A stretch of DNA of 62,007 nucleotides, counting the filler, from Candidatus Nezhaarchaeota archaeon WYZ-LMO8 (GTDB taxonomy: Archaea > Thermoproteota > Methanomethylicia > Nezhaarchaeales > WYZ-LMO8): assembly GCA_004347965.1 (NCBI GenBank). It is 4 parts of 4 records of this genome, joined end to end, with 100 filler letters (N's around TTAATTAATTAA, not from the genome) between each part and the next. Parts side by side here need not be neighbours in the genome. Positions count along the whole stretch, not along the records: positions 46,947 to 62,007 come from QNVF01000032.1; 3 more parts are not named here. One strand, given 5' to 3'. Positions within the stretch are counted from its first letter, which is position 1. The number at the start of each line of letters is the position of its first letter. The notes beneath the pieces are model-generated. The model was not told the origin of the DNA and searched no databases. It saw nothing but the letters and a program-made list of their open reading frames with translations. The position numbers were made by a program, and so were the translations under genes. This document shows, in pieces, positions 49,153 through 58,984 of this stretch.

Positions 49153-51199
49153 AGCAAAGCTTGAAGACCCCATAGGGCACTTCGTAGAATTCTTAAAATC
49201 ATTTGTTGACAGCAAAGGATACTTCAAGTATGAAGAGAAAGTACGTCAAATGATAGTTTCGGGATCTAGATCCCTTACAATAGATTTTGACGATTTGTTA
49301 TTATACGACGATAAATTGGCGCAAAGAGTAGTGGACAGACCACGAGAATACCTTGAGTTTGCATCGATAGCTCTTTATGATGTCGTAAAGTCCGTGAATA
49401 GAACTTATGCAGAAAAAATCGGAAGATTTTATGCTAGATTTAGGAAAGCTGGCGATTTGATCCCCATAAGGAGAATAAGGGCTGAACACGTAAATAAGAT
49501 GATCACGATCGATGGAGTTCTTGTTAGAGCAAGTAACATAAAGCAGAGATTGGTTGAAGGCACGTTCATATGCAAGAACGTTGAGTGTAGGGAGATTGTT
49601 AGGATGCCACAAAACTCTAGAACGTTCAACTACCCAAATCTATGTCCTAGATGTGGAAAGAGAGGGACTTTAGAGTTTAGCCCTGAAAACTCAGTGTTCA
49701 TGGATGTTCAAACTCTCGTAGTCCAAGAGAAACCTGAAGACGTACCACCTGGCCAATTACCGCGTTCAATAGAGGTCCTCGTGACCGACGACTTGGTTGA
49801 TAAGGCTAGACCAGGTGATAGAGTTCTAGTAAGCGGCATTGTATCTGTGAGACAAGAGCACTCACCTAAGCTCGGTAAGCTAACTACCTTCACAACATAC
49901 TTAGAAGCTAACAATCTTGAGGTCTCAACTAAAGGGGTCGAAGAAATAGAGATAACTTCTGAAGATGAGGAGAAGATAAGAGAAGCTGCTAAAGACCCTT
50001 ACATAGTTGAAAAGATCATAAAGTCGATAGCTCCATCAATATATGGTATGGAGGAGATAAAGGAAGCGGTAGCCTACATGCTATTCGGTGGAGTACCAAA
50101 GACTATGCCTGATGGGGTTAAGATTCGAGGAGATATACACGTTCTCATAGTTGGGGATCCTGGAACAGCAAAAAGCCAGCTTCTACAGTACGTTGCAAGG
50201 CTTGCTCCAAGAGGAATATACACATCCGGTAAAGGCTCAACAGCTGCTGGGCTAACTGCTACGGTTGTTAGAGATAAAAACACGGGAGACTTCTTCCTCG
50301 AAGCAGGTGCTTTAGTCCTTGCAGATAATGGCATCGCTGCAATAGATGAGATAGACAAAATGAGGGATGAAGATAGAGTTGCAATGCATGAAGCAATGGA
50401 GCAACAAACAATTAGCATAGCCAAGGCTGGGATAGTGGCTATGCTCAATGCGAGAACCTCTATTCTCGCTGCAGCTAACCCCAGATTTGGAAGGTACATG
50501 TCAAGCAGACCTGTCTCCGAAAACATAAATCTGCCAGTTACAATACTGTCACGCTTTGACTTCATATTCGTAACAACTGACAAACCAAACATGGTTAGGG
50601 ACAGTGCTCTAGCAGACCATGTTTTGAGCTTAAGAGCTATGAAGAGTGAGCCTATAGCTCCGTTCCCTCCTGAGTTCCTTAAAAAGTACATAGCGTACGC
50701 TAGGAAACACGTGAAGCCAAGGTTGACGGACGAAGCTATTGAAAAGATGAAGGCCTACTTCCTCAGCTTGAGGGAGAAGGCTTCCGAAGATAGTCCTGTA
50801 CCTATTACCGTAAGACAGCTAGAGACTCTCATAAGAGCTGCTGAGGCCAGAGCTCGCATGGCACTTAGGAGCGAAGTGACTGGTGAGGATGCCGAGACTG
50901 TCATCAGACTTATGGACTACTATCTGAGAACTGTCGGTAGTGATACGACAGGACGTCCTGACATAGACATAATAATGACTGGTAAGCCTAGGACCATCCA
51001 GCAAAAGATGGTGAGACTCGTCGAAATTCTAGAGGAGCTTCAAAGAGAGCTTCAAGGGGAGCCTGTCAGTAAGGACCTAATACTTGAGAGGGCCAAGCAG
51101 GAAGGTATGGATAAAGCCTTTGTCGAGAAAGCATTGAAGCAGCTTCTAAATGATGGTGTGCTATTCCAACCTCGCGATGGTTATTACAAGAAGGTTTAA
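49145..51199 (+). CDS. mcm: MCM replicative helicase
   Basis: PPGQLPR, GDPGTAKSQ, IDEIDKM, SRFD, TVRQLE; no intein. Confidence 0.97.
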   Translation: MVEAKLEDPIGHFVEFLKSFVDSKGYFKYEEKVRQMIVSGSRSLTIDFDDLLLYDDKLAQRVVDRPREYLEFASIALYDVVKSVNRTYAEKIGRFYARFRKAGDLIPIRRIRAEHVNKMITIDGVLVRASNIKQRLVEGTFICKNVECREIVRMPQNSRTFNYPNLCPRCGKRGTLEFSPENSVFMDVQTLVVQEKPEDVPPGQLPRSIEVLVTDDLVDKARPGDRVLVSGIVSVRQEHSPKLGKLTTFTTYLEANNLEVSTKGVEEIEITSEDEEKIREAAKDPYIVEKIIKSIAPSIYGMEEIKEAVAYMLFGGVPKTMPDGVKIRGDIHVLIVGDPGTAKSQLLQYVARLAPRGIYTSGKGSTAAGLTATVVRDKNTGDFFLEAGALVLADNGIAAIDEIDKMRDEDRVAMHEAMEQQTISIAKAGIVAMLNARTSILAAANPRFGRYMSSRPVSENINLPVTILSRFDFIFVTTDKPNMVRDSALADHVLSLRAMKSEPIAPFPPEFLKKYIAYARKHVKPRLTDEAIEKMKAYFLSLREKASEDSPVPITVRQLETLIRAAEARARMALRSEVTGEDAETVIRLMDYYLRTVGSDTTGRPDIDIIMTGKPRTIQQKMVRLVEILEELQRELQGEPVSKDLILERAKQEGMDKAFVEKALKQLLNDGVLFQPRDGYYKKV

Positions 51200-51230
51200 A
51201 GGTTCAAAGTTAAGGTGAGCAACTATCGAT

Positions 51231-53369
51231 GTGGAGTCACTGGAATTGCCATCCGAATTTAAGAGGCTGCTGGTTGAGAGAGGCATTAAGAAACTTTATC
51301 CTCCCCAAGAAGAGGCCATAAGGGCTGGTCTCTTAAAAGGCAAGAATTTAGTGGTTTCCGCCCCTACAGCCTCAGGGAAGACGCTAATCGCCGAGCTCGC
51401 AATAATCAAGAAGGTCATGGAGCAAAAGGTTAAGGCCCTTTACTTGACACCTCTAAGAGCATTAGCCTACGAGAAGTGGCTTGAATTCAGGAAGTATGAG
51501 GAAAGAGGTTTGCTGAAAACAGCCGTTACAACAGGCGACTATGATAGCGACGATAGGTGGCTAGGCAATTACGACGTCATAGTTTGTACAAACGAAAAGA
51601 TTGATAGTCTAATAAGACATAAGGCTCCTTGGCTCAGCGACGTCGGTATAATCGTCTCTGATGAAGTTCATTTAATAAGCGATCCAGAGCGAGGATCGAC
51701 ACTTGAAGCAGTCTTAGCAAGGCTGAGAAGTTCGTTGAAGAATGTGCAAATAATTGCGCTTAGTGCTACAATTAGTAATGCGAAAGAGATAGCTGAATGG
51801 CTCGATGCAGAGCTGGTTGAAAGTAATTGGCGACCCGTGCCGTTAAAGATTGGTGTATGCGTGAGCAACAGAATACTATTCGATGATGGTAGAGAGCACG
51901 TCTTTGAGAGTTTGACGGGCAATCCGATAATAGACATGGCCTTAGAGGTCGTTAAGAGTGGTGGTCAATGCCTCGTCTTCACCAATACGCGTCAAAATGC
52001 TGTGAAGTATGCTGATAAGATTTCAAGGCGTGTAGGAGAGCTCGTAGACTTTGAGGAGGTCAAAGATCTTTGCGAAGAGATGGAGTGGGGTGAGGAGGCC
52101 CCAATCATAAACGAAGAGCTTGTGAACTTAATTAAAAGAGGTGTAGCATTCCATCACGCAGGTCTTTCAGCTAGGCAGAGAAGGATAATAGAGGAGGGTT
52201 TTAGAAGGTTCAAGATAAAGGTGGTGTGTTCAACACCAACACTAGCAGCAGGCGTCAATCTGCCAGCTCGAAGAGTTATAATCCAAGATTACAGGAGGTA
52301 CGAGGTTTATCGTGGGATGTACAGGATACCAGTACTCGAATTCCATCAAATGGCTGGTAGAGCTGGAAGACCACAATATGATGAGTATGGAGAAGCCATA
52401 GCAGTTGCTAGAACCGAGTTAGAAGCACTAGAAATCTTCACGCACTACGTTAAATCGAGACCCGAAAGAATAACATCACAGTTAATCAATGAAGCGTCTC
52501 TAAGAAAACATGTACTAGCAACCATAGCCTCCACAGATGAATGCACATTAGATGACATTCACAATTTCATATCTAAGACGTTTTACGCTCATCAATTTAC
52601 TGCTACTGGAGCGTTGCTGAGTGTAAGAGGGGTTTTAAGGTTCTTGGAGAGAGAGGGATTCATAACGATCAGAGGAGATACCTTCACGGCGACAAAGCTT
52701 GGTCAAAGAGTTTCAGAGCTCTATATAGATCCGTTATCGGCAACTACGTTACTAAGATGCATGAAGGTGATTAAGGAAGGATCTCTACTGAAGTATTTGC
52801 ACTTGATTTGCAAGGTCCCTGAAGTACCAAAGCTTCATGTTATGAGAAGGGAGATGGAGAAATTAGGAGACATGGTCCTTGAGAGCGATGAAATATTGCC
52901 AGGTGAAGAGGAAGATCTAACCACGCTAATGTCCGAAGTGAAGACTGCTCTTCTACTACGTGATTGGGTGAATGAGGATCATGAGAATGACTTAGTGATA
53001 AGGTATGATGTTGGTCCTGGAGACATATATGCTATAACTCAAGCTGCAGAGTGGATTTGTTATGCTGCCAGCGAAATAGCCAAAGTCGCAAATCTTACAA
53101 TACATGCAAAGAGACTCAGCACGTTAGCTCCCAGAATCAAATGGGGAGTCAAAGAGGAGCTATTAGAATTATTGCAGCTTGAAGCTGTGGGGAGAGTTAG
53201 AGCTAGAACGCTTTATAGACATGGATTTAGAAGCCTTAAGGATATCGCAAGCGCTAAGCCCTTCGAGCTAGCGGAGCTTCCAAGAATAGGACCTAAGTTA
53301 GCTCAGAAGATTATTGAACAAGCACAGAAGATCTTAAAGTTGCAGGATAGTGGGGCCGGGGGGATTTGA
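51231..53369 (+). CDS. hel308: Ski2-like helicase Hel308/Hjm
   Basis: PTASGKT, DEVH, LSAT, FHHAGL, QMAGRAGRP, GRVRAR. Confidence 0.93.
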   Translation: MESLELPSEFKRLLVERGIKKLYPPQEEAIRAGLLKGKNLVVSAPTASGKTLIAELAIIKKVMEQKVKALYLTPLRALAYEKWLEFRKYEERGLLKTAVTTGDYDSDDRWLGNYDVIVCTNEKIDSLIRHKAPWLSDVGIIVSDEVHLISDPERGSTLEAVLARLRSSLKNVQIIALSATISNAKEIAEWLDAELVESNWRPVPLKIGVCVSNRILFDDGREHVFESLTGNPIIDMALEVVKSGGQCLVFTNTRQNAVKYADKISRRVGELVDFEEVKDLCEEMEWGEEAPIINEELVNLIKRGVAFHHAGLSARQRRIIEEGFRRFKIKVVCSTPTLAAGVNLPARRVIIQDYRRYEVYRGMYRIPVLEFHQMAGRAGRPQYDEYGEAIAVARTELEALEIFTHYVKSRPERITSQLINEASLRKHVLATIASTDECTLDDIHNFISKTFYAHQFTATGALLSVRGVLRFLEREGFITIRGDTFTATKLGQRVSELYIDPLSATTLLRCMKVIKEGSLLKYLHLICKVPEVPKLHVMRREMEKLGDMVLESDEILPGEEEDLTTLMSEVKTALLLRDWVNEDHENDLVIRYDVGPGDIYAITQAAEWICYAASEIAKVANLTIHAKRLSTLAPRIKWGVKEELLELLQLEAVGRVRARTLYRHGFRSLKDIASAKPFELAELPRIGPKLAQKIIEQAQKILKLQDSGAGGI

Positions 53370-53448
53370 ACCCCCGATCACCAGCGATCCGTGAAGTTGG
53401 GGACTTCTCCCCAGGCTGGCATCCTAGTCCAGGCTAGACTACGGCCCC
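53351..53448 (-). tRNA. tRNA-Pro(GGG) with 22-nt intron at 37/38 (53387-53408), no encoded CCA
   Basis: Minus strand GGGGCCG..CCAGC-CT-GGG-G[intron]C-GCTGG..GGGGGTTCAAATCCCCC-CGGCCCC-A; BHB-like fold. Confidence 0.93.
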
Positions 53449-53452
53449 CTAC

Positions 53453-54259
53453 TTAAGGTTGAGGATTAGAAGAGCTATTTATCTCTCTTTCGCTTGACGC
53501 TATAAGGTTGATCACCTTCATAAAGCAGTCCTCTGAAAAACTCTTCTTATATGCGCGTAAAGTTTCTATCGCTTCTTTGTCGTCAAATGATGCTCTTAGC
53601 TTCTCTCTTAGCAAGATTGAGAGCTCGCTTTTAGAAAGGAGTAGGAAGCTAAAGATGGATGATACGTTAGCTGGTCTTCTACTCCTACTCGAACTTCCAA
53701 AATCTATTATGATGGGCTTAATGGAGGAGGTAACGATTACGTGCCTATGTGCTCTTGAAAGCTCTCCGTGATCTAAGCCTATTAGGTCCAGCCTTCTACA
53801 TTGCTCCAGCAGATCAATTACCACCCTCCTAACATCGTAGCTACTAGCTTTTCTTATGAAGGTGCTAAGGTGTTGACCTTTGATCAACTCCATGGCTATG
53901 AAGTCCTCGCTAAAGCAATAAACCTTAGCTCCTACACTAACGCTATTTGCAAGCTTCTGGTTTTCGCCTTCGTTGATCAGAGTCTTAACGTGAGAATCCA
54001 CTCTTCTAACCTTTAGAGCTACGAGCTTACCGTTCATCAAGGCCTTAACTAATATGCTGTCGCATCCCTTACCTAAGACCTTGAGGTTGTCGATTTTTTG
54101 TGTACCATCAAGTACTATCTCCACGATTCCAAGAGAGAGTAATTGACGAAGCCTTCTTTGAAATTCCTCTTCATCGGGCTTTGGAAAGCATATGAGGTAG
54201 AGAAGGCGTTCATCTCTTGATCCTTCCCTTAAGCTCAAGCGCAAATGTTCATGAGCCAA
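53453..54259 (-). CDS. Protein-kinase-like enzyme, probable ArkI-type tRNA kinase
   Basis: VLGKG, ALKVRR, DHGELS, IIDFGS; tRNA-processing context. Confidence 0.7.
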   Translation of the reverse strand: MAHEHLRLSLREGSRDERLLYLICFPKPDEEEFQRRLRQLLSLGIVEIVLDGTQKIDNLKVLGKGCDSILVKALMNGKLVALKVRRVDSHVKTLINEGENQKLANSVSVGAKVYCFSEDFIAMELIKGQHLSTFIRKASSYDVRRVVIDLLEQCRRLDLIGLDHGELSRAHRHVIVTSSIKPIIIDFGSSSRSRRPANVSSIFSFLLLSKSELSILLREKLRASFDDKEAIETLRAYKKSFSEDCFMKVINLIASSEREINSSSNPQP

Positions 54260-55683
54260 TGCGGCGAGCCCCTCAGGAAGGATTTTAGAAAACGTCTGTA
54301 ACTGCTCACTTTTCCTCTACAAACACTTAGCACGCCTTCATTTAATGCTACATCAAATCTCTCACTTAACGCTTCAGCAAAATCTCTGCTTAGCTCAGCT
54401 CTATGAATATTATCCTTGAGGAATGACGTTGCCTCGCTAGCCCTCCTTACAGTTAACACTACAAGCCTATCACCCTCAATATATGGTCCGGCTACTGTTT
54501 GAGGAGATGAAACGTGTTTCTGTAAAAAGCTCATAACGTCCTCAATGGATGTTATCGGGGGCCCCATGTGCTTAATAGTTGGGGTTATTTTGCTGCTTTC
54601 GAGCTCTATTAAGAAGACCACTTCCTTCTCGTCGTCTGACCAAACTGACCACCTTAGAACCTTGAAGCCTTCTTGCTCTAGTAGTCTTACTATACCATTG
54701 CATGAACGCCTTATTTGTCCCCACAGGATGTCGGGTGGCATTGACTTTAAAGTAGTTGCTAACGCGAGAATTGTTGTTTTGCTTTTATCTAAGTAGTTCC
54801 TTAAGTCCCCTTCTGTTGCTTCCTCAATTACATGTTCTTCAAGTTTAAAGAAAATTTTACTTGGTCTCGACATGAAGAGGTTACAGGCTAGCATGAAGAG
54901 AGATAACTTGTCAAGCGATAAAGCAGCAGCAACATTCCTCTTCTTATCGACGGGGTCTATAACTACTAGTGGGCTTTTGAAGATCTTTAATGCTTGCTTT
55001 GGGTCTTCATAGTGCTTAGCTAAGTCTATCAAAGTTGAGAATGGCTTCCAGTACCTAGCGTTATTTATAACTTCCAGGAACGAGCCATAATATATTACTA
55101 GAAGCTCGCAGAGGTAACCTGAAAAGCCTGTAACCTTCACTTCGGCACCGTAGACTCCAATCCCTTTCATGAAGCCCTTCAGTAAGCGTACCTCATTTCT
55201 TAATCGTTCATTGAGCTTCTCATTTACGAAGCGTGTGTGCAATGGGGTTCTATCAACAGCTGTTGGTGGCCTTCCTTCTTTAGGATCAAATTCACTACAC
55301 GGAACTATGTCGATTGCATAATCTTCTACGAAAGCCCTAACGTATGGATGTTCTGCATAGCATTCCACATAGTTAGTACCACTAGCCTTCTTCGCTATCT
55401 CGAGGCCTAGAGTTCTCACAATGTGGGCAGGTGTCCCCTTAGGAAAAACTATGAAAATGTCTATGTCTCTATCCCCGCTTATCCAGGTGTCTTTAGCTAT
55501 GGAGCCTTGAACTTCAGCTTTAGCATTTATCTTCAGCTCTCTGCATATGTCGTTTATCCTCGAAGTGAAGAGATGGACTATCTCCTCTACCTTCTTACGT
55601 TCATAATCCTTAGGTGTAAGCTCTACTAAAAGTTCTAAGAGGAGAGCTCTAAGCTCGTTGTCATACATGGACTTACCTATCAC
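54235..55683 (-). CDS. cca: CCA-adding enzyme (class I)
   Basis: GSIAKDTW..DRDIDIF, YAEHPY, VDRTPLH, GFSGYLCELL. Confidence 0.96.
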   Translation of the reverse strand: MIGKSMYDNELRALLLELLVELTPKDYERKKVEEIVHLFTSRINDICRELKINAKAEVQGSIAKDTWISGDRDIDIFIVFPKGTPAHIVRTLGLEIAKKASGTNYVECYAEHPYVRAFVEDYAIDIVPCSEFDPKEGRPPTAVDRTPLHTRFVNEKLNERLRNEVRLLKGFMKGIGVYGAEVKVTGFSGYLCELLVIYYGSFLEVINNARYWKPFSTLIDLAKHYEDPKQALKIFKSPLVVIDPVDKKRNVAAALSLDKLSLFMLACNLFMSRPSKIFFKLEEHVIEEATEGDLRNYLDKSKTTILALATTLKSMPPDILWGQIRRSCNGIVRLLEQEGFKVLRWSVWSDDEKEVVFLIELESSKITPTIKHMGPPITSIEDVMSFLQKHVSSPQTVAGPYIEGDRLVVLTVRRASEATSFLKDNIHRAELSRDFAEALSERFDVALNEGVLSVCRGKVSSYRRFLKSFLRGSPHWLMNICA

Positions 55684-56245
55684 CCTTCACTTCGTATAGC
55701 GTCTCGTATATTGGACCTCGTGGTGTTAGAGTGCTTTTCTTAAGCTTTACACTCTTAACCTCTTGAAGACCTAGTTCTAAGTCTTTCAAGCTTGCTATCG
55801 CTCTCTTTAATGCGTAGCCTGAAAACTTAACCCTAGCTATTGTGATATGAGGGACAAAGGCTTCTTCCGGTTCAAGCCTTATTGGTATGGCTTGAAGTTT
55901 TGGCCTCAAGCTTCTATAAATCTCTTGGACCTCCTCGAAGCCCTCTGTCACACCAACCCAAATGACACGTGGTCTCTCATATGATGGAAAGGCACCTAAA
56001 CCTTCAAGCTTCATGGTGAAAGGCTTAAACGATATGGTGGACATTGTATCCTGCACTTTTTCAACTATCTTGGGGGGTTGTTCTCCTAAGAAGAAGAGAG
56101 TTAAGTGAAGATTTTCAGGTTCCACAGGTTTTAGCTTTGTGCCTTCAACCTCAAGTTTTTTTTGTACTTCCACTATCTTGCTCACTAACTCTGGGTTATC
56201 TATGTCTATAGAAATGAAGCAGCGAATTAAGTTCAAGGACAACAT
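55673..56245 (-). CDS. thpR: RNA 2',3'-cyclic phosphodiesterase (2H family)
   Basis: HLTL and HITI motifs, PRVIWVG, GPIY. Confidence 0.93.
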   Translation of the reverse strand: MLSLNLIRCFISIDIDNPELVSKIVEVQKKLEVEGTKLKPVEPENLHLTLFFLGEQPPKIVEKVQDTMSTISFKPFTMKLEGLGAFPSYERPRVIWVGVTEGFEEVQEIYRSLRPKLQAIPIRLEPEEAFVPHITIARVKFSGYALKRAIASLKDLELGLQEVKSVKLKKSTLTPRGPIYETLYEVKGDR

Positions 56246-56246
56246 T

Positions 56247-57137
56247 TTAACCTCCTGTAAGCTCCTTTAGAGTGTCGGCTATTATCCTCGCCACGCTGAT
56301 CTTTGATGTCGGGCTTTCTATGGTGTCAGTACTAACCACCTCGCTTACTCCTGCAGCTGCAAGTTTCTCAAGGGCATTGTTGGCGTAAAGACCATGAATG
56401 CAAGCGGCTATTATCCTACTAGGATTACCTCTAGAAACTATCTTTGCCGCATTAATTAACGTGCCACCAGTGCTTATGATGTCGTCGACTATAACTATAT
56501 CCCTTCCTTCTAACGTTAACTCCTTCTCTTCAGTTGTAACAGCCCCACTTAATAGATCTCTCTTCTTCTCTAAGAAAGCAGCTTCACCGTTAATTAGCCT
56601 AGCAACGCGTTGAGCGTCAGGGTAACGCTTTCTATCTGGCGATAGCACTAATGGCTTTCTTAAGTTATACGAAGTTAAGTAAGAAGCTACCTCTGGAAAA
56701 GCGTCAAGGTTCAAGGCCTTTATTTTCTCAAAATAGCTAAGGACCAAGTCGCTGTGTATATTGACTGTAATGAGTAGGTTAGCACCTATGGCCTCTATGA
56801 TCTTTGCAATTATCTTTGAGCTAAGAGCTTCATAATCCAAGAATACTTTGTCTTGCCTTGAATAGGCGAAGTATGGAACTATGGCGAAGACTTTAGAGGA
56901 TCCAGCTCTTAAGGATGCATCAATTAGCTGCAGAAGCTCCATCAACCTCTTGTCTTGAGGAGGTGGACAGGACTGTACTACTATTGCAGTCTCTCCTTTA
57001 AGGTTGCTTTCCACCCTAACATATGATTCTCCGTCTGGAAAGACTCTGTAGCTGACTTTTGCCACTGTGTAATTACACGCTTTTGCTAAGCGTTGCGCAA
57101 GCTGTGGAGAAGCTGGACCTGGCACTAGTACTGGCAA
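56247..57137 (-). CDS. prs: Ribose-phosphate pyrophosphokinase
   Basis: FPDGE, PYFAYSRQD, VDDIISTGGT. Confidence 0.93.
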   Translation of the reverse strand: MPVLVPGPASPQLAQRLAKACNYTVAKVSYRVFPDGESYVRVESNLKGETAIVVQSCPPPQDKRLMELLQLIDASLRAGSSKVFAIVPYFAYSRQDKVFLDYEALSSKIIAKIIEAIGANLLITVNIHSDLVLSYFEKIKALNLDAFPEVASYLTSYNLRKPLVLSPDRKRYPDAQRVARLINGEAAFLEKKRDLLSGAVTTEEKELTLEGRDIVIVDDIISTGGTLINAAKIVSRGNPSRIIAACIHGLYANNALEKLAAAGVSEVVSTDTIESPTSKISVARIIADTLKELTGG

Positions 57138-57218
57138 CTTATTATCCCTCCGTACTTACTTTGCGTAAAGGAGAAAAATTGTTTTCCCCTGAGGTTTAAG
57201 AACTAGTGGTGCCATTAC

Positions 57219-57992
57219 ATGGAGGATTCGAGTAAACTGAAGGTTAGGATTGGTGGTATTATCGATATATCAACAATTGATTGGCTGTCGAGAATATGCA
57301 ATGTCGTCTTCTTCTCTGGGTGCAACTTTAAGTGCCCTTACTGTCAGAATGGAAAACTCGTGGACCCTAATTATGGTAGAAGCCTAGAGGTCGATGAAGT
57401 GATCAGAGAGGTTTTGAGGAGTAAACCGTTGATCGAGGGGGTTGTGCTGTCTGGTGGTGAGTGTACTCTACAAGCTGAAGGGTTAATTAGTTTGTGTGAA
57501 AAGTTGAGAAGAAGTGGTTTAAGAATAGGAATTGATACTAATGGCTCAATACCTCATGTAATAGAAGAATTACTTGAAAGAGGTTTTATTGATAGGGTTG
57601 CAATCGACGTTAAAGCTCCGCTAGATCCGAAACTTTACGGTGAAGTCGTAGGGCTTCCAGGTCAAGGAGACATTATTGTAAGGAGCGTTGAGAGAACTCT
57701 TGAACTGCTCTTGAAGTCGAGGATAGAGGTTGAAGCTAGATTTCTTGCTGTCCCAACTATAACGTGCAGCACAGACTTTGTAAGGGAGGTGGCTAGAAAG
57801 GTTCGTGAAGCTACGAGATTCGTGATTCAACAGTTTAGACCTGAAGCTGATCTTCTTGACCCTTCACTTAAGAGGTTAAAGCCTCCTACAAGGCAAGAGC
57901 TCTTGAAATTAGCGTTTACAGCTATGGAGGAAGGTGCTTCAGAGGTTTATATTAGAACTAAGGAACATGGACTTGAAAAAGTTAAGAGATGA
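57219..57992 (+). CDS. Anaerobic ribonucleotide reductase activase-like radical SAM protein
   Basis: STIDW, GCNFKCPYCQN, SGGE, DTNG, DVKAP. Confidence 0.85.
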   Translation: MEDSSKLKVRIGGIIDISTIDWLSRICNVVFFSGCNFKCPYCQNGKLVDPNYGRSLEVDEVIREVLRSKPLIEGVVLSGGECTLQAEGLISLCEKLRRSGLRIGIDTNGSIPHVIEELLERGFIDRVAIDVKAPLDPKLYGEVVGLPGQGDIIVRSVERTLELLLKSRIEVEARFLAVPTITCSTDFVREVARKVREATRFVIQQFRPEADLLDPSLKRLKPPTRQELLKLAFTAMEEGASEVYIRTKEHGLEKVKR

Positions 57993-57998
57993 AAGGGC

Positions 57999-58550
57999 TT
58001 GCGTAAACTGATATGCTTAACGGGTATGCCTGGAGCTGGGAAGACTGTTGTCGCTGAAGTGGCACGAAGCATAGGCTTAAAAGTCTACTCCATGGGCGAT
58101 ATAGTACGTGAAGAAGTCTTGAAGGAGAAGGGGGGCCTATCTTGGGAGGACATAAAGAGGGTTATGTTTGAGTTGAGAGAAAAGGAAGGGCCCAGAGCCA
58201 TAGCTAAAAGGGTTTTGAGGTACATGATTAATGAGAATTGGAATGTAGCGGTCGTAGAAGGTGTAAGGAGCTTGGATGAGGTTGAAGAATTCAAGTCCGT
58301 TGGCAAAGTAATAATCCTTGCTATACATAGCTCTCCCATTGATAGGTACATGAGGTTGAAGAAGAGAGCTAGAGAAGGAGATCCGAGGAGCTTCGAGGAA
58401 ATGAGGGAGCGTGATCTAAAAGAGCTTTCGCTAGGCTTAGGAAACGTGATAGCGTTAGCTGATTACGTGATAGTAAACGATGGTGGTCTTGAAGAGTTTA
58501 AGAATAAAGCTAGGAAAGTATTGTTAAACTTATCATTTGATGTTGAGTGA
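57999..58550 (+). CDS. UPF0200 P-loop kinase (archaeal dephospho-CoA kinase-like)
   Basis: GMPGAGKT, MGDIVRE, RD..EL..G. Confidence 0.85.
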   Translation: MRKLICLTGMPGAGKTVVAEVARSIGLKVYSMGDIVREEVLKEKGGLSWEDIKRVMFELREKEGPRAIAKRVLRYMINENWNVAVVEGVRSLDEVEEFKSVGKVIILAIHSSPIDRYMRLKKRAREGDPRSFEEMRERDLKELSLGLGNVIALADYVIVNDGGLEEFKNKARKVLLNLSFDVE

Positions 58551-58984
58551 TCCCTATGAAGATAATAGTTGAAGCTGAGATACGGCCTACAGAAGATGAG
58601 GAGAAGGTGAAGAAAGCAGTTCTTAGCTTCTTCACTCCTTCCAGCATTAGAGTAGAGGATAGAGGACATTGTAAAGTTCTCATAGCTGAGGCTAACAAGG
58701 TTGAAGCTCTTCGAAAGCTACACTCAAAGCTAAGGGGGCAAAGAATTCTGGACGCTGCAAGATCAATGATGATGAGGTGGTCAAGCAAAGATAGAGTCGT
58801 ATTCTATCTTCACAAGCAAGCAGCCTTTATGGATTACGTCACATATTGTCTGCCTGAAGGCGAATCGCCTCTAGGACCCATTAAAGTCGAGGTTGTTGGG
58901 GTAGATGCAAAAGCTGTAATAGACTGGTTAGCACCCCCAACTTCAAAGGGTAAACCTCTCTTTGAAAGAGAGCCTCCTAGGTGA
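58547..58984 (+). CDS. UPF0201/DUF54 putative RNA-binding protein
   Basis: RPTEDEEKV.KA, ILDAAR, KQAAF, SPLGPI, WLAP.T. Confidence 0.88.
   Translation: MIPMKIIVEAEIRPTEDEEKVKKAVLSFFTPSSIRVEDRGHCKVLIAEANKVEALRKLHSKLRGQRILDAARSMMMRWSSKDRVVFYLHKQAAFMDYVTYCLPEGESPLGPIKVEVVGVDAKAVIDWLAPPTSKGKPLFEREPPR

Noticed and set aside
50074..50691. 205-aa - strand ORF
   Set aside because: Antisense shadow of the mcm AAA domain
47496..51199. Inteins in RFC-S or MCM
   Set aside because: Both proteins have normal length and uninterrupted motifs
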